Below, piece after piece: positions 10,296-20,664 of a stretch of 20,664 bases of DNA; position 1 is the first letter of the stretch; every line of letters begins with the position of its first letter. Source of the stretch: Ginkgo biloba (Eukaryota; Plantae; Ginkgophyta); contig JANKJI020000004.1 of the NCBI GenBank assembly GCA_024626585.2, positions 121,155,733 to 121,176,396 on the forward strand. The letters are read 5' to 3'. Below the pieces are notes generated by a model. It did no database searches and had not been told where the DNA came from. It saw nothing but the letters and a program-made list of their open reading frames with translations. The position numbers and the translations under genes were made by a program.

Positions 10296-12177
10296 TTACA
10301 ACAACAATATGCACATGAAAAGATGCAGAAATCAGATTATAAAAGCCAAAAATACACTTAAAAATCTTGTTATAAAAGTAAAATTTCAGTCATGCTAGCA
10401 TAGCTACAACTTTCCATACTTGAGGACAACCCCAACTAGGAATGAAGAAGAGAAAGCGCAGTAAGTAACAGCTTCAGAACAGCATGAGAAAGGTCAACTC
10501 AACAAAAGTTATATGAAGAGATCTTGATGCAAACAAGAGAGAGAGGAGAAATTGAATAGCCAACGGTCAAGTAAACCATGGGGCACTTCTCTTTCATATA
10601 AATGCAATGTAAACAAATAAGCAATGCATGCTTGTTTTGTGCTTGTGTATTTTTTCTTATGCTGAAGAGAGTTTTCTATTGCTAACAATTTAGTGCATGA
10701 GATAGAATCATAATGGAAGACTTTAACCCAACGACACCTATTCATTCATATCAGTGCTGCTTGTAATAATACTATTTTGTGTAGACGACTACCTGTTCCA
10801 AGAAGTACATGACTTTGACCACTATGCATGAAGGATGGACAATTATTCCTTGTTAGTAACTGTTTTTGGATCGTTGGTCCTGGATATTTAGCGGCCTAGT
10901 GGTTATTCATTTGGTAGGAAGCATTTGCTCTTTGACAACAATGCTATCCCCTAGATTGCTCTCTGTAGACTGGGGCATGCAGGCCACACAAAAGTTTGTG
11001 TCATCTGCCTGAGGTGGTTGAGTTGGTAGTGAGAGAGAATTATTAGAGGTGTTGAATGACCTTTGCCATCCTGGGATGAGCTTGTGCCTATATCTTGTGA
11101 GTTTACATGATTCCATTTACTTAAGCCAATAAGAATTTGTCAGTTGTATTATTATTTGCAAAGCTTATTCTGTTTGTTGAGAGCTCTTTCTCTGCAAGTG
11201 ATTGAGCTTTTTATTAGGCTTACAATGGATTAGTTACTTTTCTGAAGTTTGAATCACTGAATTTTTGCATAATAGTAGACCTACGGATTTGTACAAATTT
11301 TAAAGAAGAATGTAGATTGCTTTTCGGTGCAGATTCTTTGTTCGGTGTACAGAGCTCATTTGTGATTGTAGGTTTGGAGGCAATATGGGATGAAAACGTT
11401 AGTCATTTGAAGTTCAACCAGTTTCCAACTGGACTTCATCTCAAGTTTTGCAGGCTTGACTGACCTCCATTAGCTGTTTTTACTTCGCATCTGAAGAACT
11501 TTTCTCTGTTCTTTTGGCTGGACTTTCCATATCTCCATGTACAATGCCAATTTAAGCTTGCCATTTCTCGTATTCATTGATGAGCTATTAGGTGATGTGG
11601 CCTCCATAGATTCTGCTAGTTTAGTACTTGAGAGTCCCTATGTTTTTGATTGAAATGCAGTTTGTTACTGTGGGTCCAATGTACACAAATTGTCAAAGGA
11701 TGAGAAATCACATATACGTTCTTCATAGCTGCGAAGATGGATGCTCGACTACAGGATATGTTTTTGGGTGAAGCAAGCTCAGCTCACCAATTGGCTACAC
11801 AGGCACAAAGTTTTGTTCTTCTTATGCTGCAAACCAAGAGGTTTTATGGGGTTCCAGCCCATCATCAGAGTTCACTGCCATTCCAGATCCACACCAGTAG
11901 AGAGGAAGCACAATTGTCCAAGATTCTTCAAACTTGTGAGGATGCATTCATATAGCTGACGATTTTAAGTATTTCCAATGTGTATGTGAGAAAGTAAAAC
12001 TCTTTTTGCAGTAGAATTTCACGCTTTCATTAGTGAGAGTTCATCTTGACATTGCTTCTCAAAAGGTTGACATTTTGTGTGGTTTAATATATTCATAGGT
12101 TTTTTTGTTGCATCTAGCCATGCCATGAATGGATTTCTGTGTATTGAATCAATGCAAAGAATATCTTCATCCATTGA

Positions 12178-12354
<177 letters not shown>

Positions 12355-12489
12355 TAAGGGCATTTTCTACCCAAGGAACTAGATGGTTCATATAATTTCA
12401 TCATAGTCTGGCATGTGATAATTCTTTCTTTACTATTACATTATTATTTCCTGTATCATTTATAAGTCCCTTCAGTGTCACCTGGGCAG

Positions 12490-12649
12490 GATGGCAGACT
12501 TGAAGCAAGCTGCATTCCAGGTAGGAAAGCCAGATTGGGGATATACTGGACCACAAGATGCAGGCAGCTACAACAGTTTTCCTTTGGGGGAACCATTCTT
12601 CAAGGAAGAACAGGGCACGTTTTTATCAGATTATGGTCAGTTCTTCCTG
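12490..12649 (+). CDS. BAM4: BAM4-like beta-amylase internal exon
   Basis: gggcag|G ... CTG|gtatgt. Translates MADLKQAAFQVGKPDWGYTGPQDAGSYNSFPLGEPFFKEEQGTFLSDYGQFFL and is phase-compatible with both neighbouring exons. Confidence 0.95.
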
Positions 12650-13179
12650 GTATGTGCAGCGGCACTTTTGAATTTGTGCTGTTTTGTAGCATTTAGTGTC
12701 ATAAATGGATAGCTTTATATAAATGCCTGATTCTGCTGAAAATAAATTACAAATCTATTAGGGTAGAGGGATTCCTTAGCCACTTTCTTTTCAGAGGACA
12801 TAGGTGTATGCTATTCAAAACGGTGAAGACAGATTAAGTAAAATCAACGTGAAAAGTTGCCTTTGTATGTTAATTTTTGTGGGGTTGAGTGTGGATGGTG
12901 ATGTAGTAGACATAATATGTTTGAATGGTAAAACTTGTTGTTGGTAAAACTAGGCATTGTCATTTGAATTAGGGTAGTATAAACAAAGGCGAGCCCATAA
13001 TTAGGTGTACCATTTTGATTTCTTCTTCTTGGGTTCAGTTTGAGGACCCTTCTTGTTACCCTATTGGGTGTTCATGTTGACATTTTATTTGTGGGTTAAT
13101 TTTTGAGCTTTTAAGTACCTTAGGAGCTTTTATTGAGGATGCAATTGTCACCAGGTGCTTGTTTGGGACCTCAAGTTGG

Positions 13180-13540
13180 CTTTCATTGATCGTTACGTTT
13201 TCTTGGGATCCAAAGTTCACTTGATCTTCTTCCTTAGGAGTCACATCTTTGAAGCCTATGAGTTCTTGTTTAGAATAATGATACGAACCAATTCCAAGTA
13301 GGTTTAGGCTCTAAGGATTCTATAATTGGAATTTGGGATTAAAAAATCATGGGTGTATTGGCTTGTTCAAATTGGGTTCTATGAGTGACCTTTACCTCTC
13401 TATTGTGGATGAATTGAATCTAACCAACTAGGGATGAGAAAATTGCCATAGGTTTACTTTCATTGATTAATAGGATTTCTTGGGATCCAAAGTTGATTTT
13501 ATCTTCTTCCTTAGGAGTGACATCTTTAAAACCTAAGAGT
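13180..13540. repeat. About 84-bp direct repeat (13180-13263 / 13457-13540, offset 277) within a BAM4 intron
   Basis: ctttcattgat...ttcttgggatccaaagtt...atcttcttccttaggagt.acatcttt.aa.ccta.gagt is present twice. Confidence 0.85.
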
Positions 13541-14321
13541 ACACGTTAANNNNNNNNNNNNNNNNNNNNNNNNNNNNNNNNNNNNNNNNNNNNNNNNNNN
13601 NNNNNNNNNNNNNNNNNNNNNNNNNNNNNNNNNNNNNNNNNNNNNNNNNAGGGAAGCAACTCCAGTGGTGAAAGAAACACTATTGCACCATGTAATATTC
13701 TGCCTAGGCCAAGAGGAGATATAGTAGGTTAACACAACCATAGACAATGATAATTCACACCAATAGGAGGTGATGGAGATGGTGGTAGATTTGGTGCACA
13801 AAGGAGGTCTATTGTTTATTTTTGATGTGGAGAAGAGGGGCATAGATCCTTTGAATACCCAAGTAGGGATGATGATCGATGACAGGAAGATAAAAAAGTG
13901 AGAGAAAATTTAGTCCAAGAGGAGGAAAAGGCCAATATGTCAAGGAAATAAAGAAGAACCTCAAGTTTGTTAATCGGGCAACCAGTATGGTCACTGACGA
14001 CGAAAATAACATAGTCATGATAGTCAGAAGGAGCATCAATGTCAGAAATACCTAGGAAAATGAATAGTACACCGATGAGGGAGAATAGTTCACAGACAAA
14101 CGCATTAAGGGATATGTTAACAAGGAAACATTGACAAAAAAATAAGCCCCAGGAGACGTTAGAGAAGAAATGATCAATAGGAGATTGGAGATCAATCCAA
14201 AAGATGTCGAGTAGGAAGACAAAGAATGCTAAGGATGTCTGAAATGATATACTAGGGAGATTCTAAGTTTGCTAGGTGAATGTTAGAAACAATAAGAAAT
14301 CTTCATTTTAGCTTTGTGCAG

Positions 14322-14575
14322 GAGTGGTACAGTGGGAAGCTTGTTGAGCATGCAGATCATATCCTAAGTAAAGCTGTCAAGGTGTTAAAATCTTGTCAAC
14401 AGGATCAACCAGACACAGTGCTATTAGTGGCTAAAATTGCTGGAATACATTGGTGGTATCAGACAGAGTCTCATGCAGCCGAGCTTACTGCTGGCTATTA
14501 TAATACTGCCTATAGGGATGGGTATGATTCGATTGCTGAAGTCCTTGCAAGACATGGAACAGCTTTAAACATTCC
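14322..14575 (+). CDS. BAM4: BAM4-like beta-amylase internal exon
   Basis: tttgtgcag|GAG ... CC|gtaagt. Translates EWYSGKLVEHADHIL...VAKIAGIHWWYQTESHAAELTAGYYNTAYRDGYDSIAEVLARHGTALNIP, with the hallmark GIHWWY and HAAELTAGYYN motifs. Confidence 0.97.
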
Positions 14576-14763
14576 GTAAGTTGATGACTGTTAAGTTTAT
14601 CTTGGAAAATGTGGTGTGCTATGTTTACTGAAGAAACCCACACATGCATAGTATATAACAAATTGCTTGTATATACATCCTATGCAGCATTGTATATGCT
14701 CTGTTTTTGCATTCAATCTTTTCACTTACAGAAGATTTAATTTGTACGTATTCATGTTAACAG

Positions 14764-14833
14764 TTGTTTGGAGATGCTAGATAGTGAACAACCAGAAATA
14801 TGCTGCTGCAGCCCGGAAGGTCTCCTTAAGCAG
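14764..14833 (+). CDS. BAM4: BAM4-like beta-amylase internal exon
   Basis: ttaacag|T ... CAG|gtaaat. Translates CLEMLDSEQPEICCCSPEGLLKQ. Too short for the ORF track. Confidence 0.95.
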
Positions 14834-15434
14834 GTAAATGCTACATTTTTGGTCTAAATCAACGTTGTAAATTTGGTTGTTTCTGCGATGTGCTCAGTAT
14901 CAGATGAAGTGAGCAAATAATTAAAGTTCCGTTATCTTGTCATTGGGGCTGCTCACTACATTAAATATATATTTTAGCAAAACATATAATACTGTCAAGT
15001 TTCTTTGAGCAGTTTTCTAGTCTGTGAACAAGAGGTTGACACTACACATGCACCCAAGGCCTGCATGCATACTTATTCATGAGATTATAACCGCTTTGAC
15101 TTTGGAATAATGTGTGTAAATGTGGTCCTTTAAATAACTTTTTTGGTATTACGGTTACCACATAGTCTTGAGACTCAGTTTAGGTTGAACGAGACACACT
15201 AGATTGATGTGATGTTTAGTTGGTTGCCTTGAAATTCTTTGGAGTAACCGTTTGCATCAGGACTTTTTTCATTTGAAAGTTTTGGTACAGAGTATTGATG
15301 ATTATTTGCTTCTCATGGAAAGAGTGCACAGGAAAGTTGTCTTTATGAATGTCTGTGACCCATTCCTCCTGGCATATCTGCTTTACCTCTCTTTTGTTCT
15401 GATCACTAATTCTGAATGATTCACCATTCATCAG

Positions 15435-15503
15435 ATAAGAGAAGTTGCAAAGCGGGGAAACATACCTTTGACTGGAGAAAATGCAATTGAACGATTTGAT
15501 ATG
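15435..15503 (+). CDS. BAM4: BAM4-like beta-amylase internal exon carrying the catalytic-base motif GENA
   Basis: ttcatcag|ATA ... ATG|gtaact. Translates IREVAKRGNIPLTGENAIERFDM. The Glu codon GAA is at 15477-15479. Confidence 0.95.
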
Positions 15504-15669
15504 GTAACTTATGTTGTGTCTGTCACCAAACTGATCATTACCATTTCTAGAAATGAAATTATGGTTTTGACTTTTAAAGAAGAAAACAAGTTACAATATT
15601 GAATTGCATACATTTTATTTGCAATTGATCTGCTTAATTTACATTTGAGTATTCAACATGCTGCTTTAG

Positions 15670-15870
15670 GAGGCTTTCTCTCAAATCGTGAGCAACACTT
15701 ACCATCAGCAACAAGTCATGACAGCCTTCACTTATTTCCGAATGAAAGAGGCACTATTCAAGGCTGATAATTGGAGGTGCTTTGTGCACTTTGTCAAGCT
15801 GATGTACAGTAATTCTCATGATGGAGGATGCAATGGTAAAATGTACAGTAGATTATGCAAAACAGGTTGA
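15670..15870 (+). CDS. BAM4: BAM4-like beta-amylase last (or penultimate) coding exon
   Basis: ctttag|GAG. Translates EAFSQIVSNTYHQQQVMTAFTYFRMKEALFKADNWRCFVHFVKLMYSNSHDGGCNGKMYSRLCKTG*, matching the GH14 FTYLRM...NW..F..FVK.M C-terminal motif. The 3' end is uncertain because of a possible donor at 15836. Confidence 0.88.
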   Translation, partial: EAFSQIVSNTYHQQQVMTAFTYFRMKEALFKADNWRCFVHFVKLMYSNSHDGGCNGKMYSRLCKTG

Positions 15871-17920
15871 TATTGCAAACACCAGTCTAAAGATTGGTCA
15901 AGTATTTTTTTCTTTTTCATAGCTGAAACTGATTTGATAATTATGGCACGAGGTCACTTGTACATTATGTAATTTTCCTATTGTATCAATTTTAAAGAGT
16001 TCTTATGATCAACATTTCTTGGGAATATTCATTTCTGGGTCATTGCAAACTATAAATTGCAACGAATGACTTGGAATGTGTTGCAGCAACGAAGTATACA
16101 GGGGTTTTGAAATAGCAAGCAAATATTTAAACTATATTTTGCACAAGTTTTCAGCCTCAATGTTGCAGTGCATGTAACTTTTTCTTTTGGAACTTCTTAA
16201 GGGTAACTATTAGCGAAAGCGATCAAGTCCAAGCCACTTCAACAGAATCTGTAGATATGCCTAGCAATGACAAAGGAAAAAAATGATATAANNNNNNNNN
16301 NNNNNNNNNNNNNNNNNNNNNNNNNNNNNNNNNNNNNNNNNNNNNNNNNNNNNNNNNNNNNNNNNNNNNNNNNNNNNNNNNNNNNNNNNNNTATTTGGAT
16401 AAAAGTAGTAGTATTTTTAGTACTTGGAATGGGTTAATTTAGTTTTATACGTACATGTTCATTGATTTATACTTGTTGGAAAATTATTAGTCAAATAATT
16501 TTTGCTTTTGCTTGCAAAACATTACACAAAGAAAAAGAAAAGAATGTTATGAAAAGAACACAAAATAAAACAATTAGGTGAATGTATGATAATGTTTAAA
16601 TTATAAGAGACTATGCATTTATATTTCTTATTTTTGGACTAGGTTTTTTTGTTTAAATTAATTTTTGTTTTATTATGAGTTGTATATTTCATTGGAAGAA
16701 GATGAATTGAGAGAAATAGATGTTTCTGTGAAAAAACTGCAGAGTTTTATTATTAGGGAAGTTATTACATCATATAGCCAGTTGGCATTGAACTACTGCA
16801 TACACTCTGCAGAAGTTTAACCTAGTTATCAGTGCTTTCAGGCAATACAGATCCTTGTATCTATAATGGACAGCCATTAAGCGTGACATTGGAATGAAAG
16901 GTAGGTTCCTATTGGATCTCCTTAACATGGTCCTATTCTTTATTTAACATTCTCAAGGGAATCTGAGAAAAGTATCATTTTAAGGCAACTGTTTCCACCT
17001 AGAACCTCAAAGATTTGCATAGGCTTATCATATTTCCTGTTCAAAAGCCAACATGAGATTGGATTCTGCATTAGCATATGAACATGAAGGGTTGCAAGGC
17101 CTCAAATTCCTCTGGATAGCCTTTGCCGTATCCCAGCTGTAACCCTGATGTATCATCTAGGATCCATATTTTCCATAGTGTTTGTAATCTGGAATTTGGT
17201 GTATTATCCAATAATATGCCTCTGTTACCCTATACTCAGTATCACTCCCAAAGGTGGTCCCTTTTGCACTTGCTGAGTTCTCTTTGAGCCTGACTTGAAA
17301 TATATTGAAATCTTGCATAGGTGCCAGAATGCAGCTGATCGTTCGGGGACATCTGGGATATGATTGGTGATACATCACTTTTTGCTAAATTGATTAATGT
17401 GAGGGCAATTTTCATATACTCGTACTCCTGAGCTTTGTTTTCCAAGCTCNNNNNNNNNNNNNNNNNNNNNNNNNNNNNNNNNNNNNNNNNNNNNNNNNNN
17501 NNNNNNNNNNNNNNNNNNNNNNNNNNNNNNNNNNNNNNNNNNNNNNNNNNNNNNNNNNNNNNNNNNNNNNNNNNNNNNNNNNNNNNNNNNNNNNNNNNNN
17601 NNNNNNNNNNNNNNNNNNNNNNNNNNNNNNNNNNNNNNNNNNNNNNNNNNNNNNNNNNNNNNNNNNNNNNNNNNNNNNNNNNNNNNNNNNNNNNNNNNNN
17701 NNNNNNNNNNNNNNNNNNNNNNNNNNNNNNNNNNNNNNNNNNNNNNNNNNNNNNNNNNNNNNNNNNNNNNNNNNNNNNNNNNNNNNNNNNNNNNNNNNNN
17801 NNNNNNNNNNNNNNNNNNNNNNNNNNNNNNNNNNNNNNNNNNNNNNNNNNNNNNNNNNNNNNNNNNNNNNNNNNNNNNNNNNNNNNNNNNNNNNNNNNNN
17901 NNNNNNNNNNNNNNNNNNNN

Positions 17921-20664
17921 TATATCTACACTAATATATTGAGGTGGAGGAGTATGATATCCCATCTCCATTACACAACATTCTATTTTATTAGGATCAT
18001 TTTCATTTGGATTTTTGTAAATACATAAAATATACAAAAATAAAAAACTACCTCCTACATGAGCCTCCTCATCACTTGGTATGTAGTTTTTTGGTTCCTC
18101 TTTACTATCTAATATAGAGTATGTATGATAGATAAAATTAACACTAGTAGTAAATAAAAAATATCCCATCCTTGAAGAAATCACACCAGATTTTTGTTTC
18201 CTTATAACTTATCTACTAGTACCAAAATTAGAAATCAAAGAAATCCACTTGTCCATCCTCAAGAGTAATGTATTTATAAGAAAATTATTAAGATATAGAT
18301 TAAACTATTTGAATATATTAGATAATATATTCATGATCATGGATGATAGTTTAAAATTGTGTGGACCATACCTACATACATCTAATCCCAATATTAACTC
18401 ATTAATCATGTACCTACTCCATGAAAAAATATCTTTAAGAAATATAAATTTATGAATGAGACTCTCAAACCTTAATAGAACTATGGAGATCATATCCTAA
18501 TGGGTCAAATTATTATATATGATATATACAACCCATATCACATGGTCATAAATAATATAATCTATAAATATCATCCCTCCAAAACTAACATGCATATTAT
18601 TACCCATCCATTAGGAAGTAATCTAGTTTATATTAGTATGAGAAAAGAAGAGGCCAATGAAGATAAATTAATGTTTGTCTATATTTCATGAAATATGGAA
18701 AGAGGCAATTTAAACACCAAAGGAATACAAGGAGGTTTCGATGAATAAAGCATTGCCTTTAGAGTGCTTCAAGTTTAGAAGAGCGATGGAGCATTCTTCC
18801 ATTTCAATATATATTGGTAAACACAATATCAGATGTAAAGGGATTGCCTCATTCTTGGGACAATAGAGCAGTGAACTCTTGCTATGCTGAGTTGCAGCTT
18901 GGAGGAGGCACTCTCTAATCAAGCCCTACAAGAGAATTGCTACTCTTCAAGGAATCAAACTAGTAGCCCATTGCATCTTTCAATCTTATTCAAGTTCTTG
19001 AAGGTGGTTTCCACGTTTTAGTTTCTAGTTTCAAATTACATTGCATGATCTCCTTTTAAGGATAAGAAATGGTTTATTCAAGTCCATCCACCTTGCTACT
19101 ATCGGAGTATAAACAATAATTTCATATTGGTAAATTGGGGCCATTCAAGGCAAGAGTGTTGTAATTGTTATGGAGCAACACACTCCCAAAATTTAATACA
19201 TGTTATTCGTCATCTCCAAAATTATAGTCCAACCTTGAAGGATCTGAACCAATAACTTGGTATCTTCATGCCCCAAATTATGGAGGAGATTTTGAGTATT
19301 AATTTCTAGAATTGAAAATGGGTTCAAGTCCACTAAATTGGCATTCAATTTTATAGTCAATTGATTAGGTGGCCTTAATCAAAGTTAAAGCGACATGAAA
19401 CTATGTATCTTAGGGGTCAAGTCGTCATCAATTAAGTCATGTGGGTGACTTATGGTTGCAACATATTTTCATCAAAGTAATGTTAAAATTGCATCTTTGG
19501 GTTGTAACAACTTGCCTTTACTTAAATCTATAAAACAAGGTAATGAGACTTGCAAACATATATATGTTATTGCATAATAAAGAGAAACGATTTTAGTGAT
19601 GCATCTAGAAATGGAAAATAATCATAAATGACTAGTGCACTACAACCCCATACATAACTAATATTTAAATTTATTAATTTATGGCCATTTATATCAAAAT
19701 GCAATAATTTGTAAGTTGGTAGTAAAAGAGCACTTAGACCAGGGTCGACTTGTAGTAGGGATTGCAATCACCTTCTGTTGGCCATGGGGATTACTTATTG
19801 AGGCTTATGAATGTGAGCAACTAAATCTTTGATGTATAAATGCATTTATTAATGCATAGCAAGTATGATTGATTTGTTAGACTCCAACCTATAATTTTGC
19901 ATTTAATAAGAATTCTAGGCATAAGTCTTTAACAGCCTCTCTTTGACATTTAGATAGACCTAGATAGTTAAAGTATCCTCCCCTACTAATAGTTAATGGT
20001 TTTCGGTCTAATAAACCTTAGGGCTACACCAATAGGACCTTGAATAAAAAATCCTACTACTTTTTAAATCATTATGGTTGCATGTATAGACCATAGGTCA
20101 TAACTTCACCAATAGTCATACTATCTATAGCTATACTAATAGTCATAGACCTTGTAGTTACGTTAATACATTGCAGATTGNNNNNNNNNNTAAGCCAAAC
20201 ATCCATCTAGTAAGAACATGCATATCCTACTATTATTAGCTCTAAAATGCTGCATGCGAGAGCAATTATTAATCCTCATATTAAGGTGTGCTTATAGTCG
20301 AGGCATTAAACTCCCAAAAGGTATTTGTTTATAGCCACTTTTGTGTTAAATAAAGTTGTTAGGGTTTCTATAATATAGGTAGGGTTATTTCATAAAATAT
20401 ATGACAAATTATTCATAGTATTAAATATTAATTATTGCACTATATATAATCATAATTGTCACAAAACAACCCCTTGACCAAGGGTGTCCTATCTTAAGGA
20501 GTCTCTTAAGAAGTCTAAATCCTTGAAATTAAGGTTTAACTCAAGAATATGAACATATACAAACTAGAAATATATCTTTTAAAAAATTGTAGACATTACA
20601 TTAATTTATGATATCCAAAATATATTGTAAAATTAAGGTTCAAGAAATACTTACAAGTTGGACT
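17921..20664. other. AT-rich, CpG-depleted intergenic DNA, probably decayed LTR-element sequence; family not identifiable
   Basis: No recognisable protein motifs. TATA-like ctataaata at about 18562, short aatagtcata duplications at about 20110-20150, and a possible LTR start TGTCAC at about 20457. Confidence 0.3.

Noticed and set aside
11661-11959. Acceptor-like tgcag followed by two overlapping 72-aa ORFs just upstream of the first BAM exon
   Set aside because: None of the three plus-strand frames resembles GH14 sequence (no GLGP.GEL) or any family I recognise. Treated as intron.
16800-17449. Moderately GC-rich stretch with two short minus-strand ORFs, possibly a neighbouring gene
   Set aside because: No recognisable motif and stops in all frames examined.
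17375-18184. Longest ORFs in the track (269 and 197 aa) and other X-containing ORFs
   Set aside because: Artefacts of reading through N gaps.
18710-18990. 70-aa minus-strand ORF and a coding-like stretch
   Set aside because: No recognisable domain or supporting splice structure.

Overview
Eukaryotic plant genomic DNA: AT-rich, repeat-dominated and gap-ridden (ten N-runs, seven of exactly 100 N). The long TE-filled intron or intergenic space is gymnosperm-like (inference only). The only host gene I can support is the 3' half of a + strand beta-amylase (GH14) gene of the BAM4 type. It has six clean GT-AG exons at 12276-15870 that splice into an uninterrupted frame of about 276 aa. The upstream exons, including the one carrying the catalytic acid Glu186 (soybean numbering), were not found in the window. 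The protein keeps the catalytic-base motif GENA (Arabidopsis BAM4 has GRN) but already has the BAM4-type NIPC inner loop instead of NFTC, so it looks intermediate between an active enzyme and a pseudoenzyme. This is the most interesting signal here. Positions 1-10300 are a pile of decayed transposons: a Ty1/copia RNase H-PPT-3' LTR end, three more related LTR termini (one with a tRNA-iMet-type PBS), a BED/DUF659-type hAT transposase relic cut by an LTR element, and a chromodomain-bearing Ty3/gypsy integrase relic. I found no convincing evidence of a wholly new biological system. All homology calls come from remembered motifs, not from database searches.
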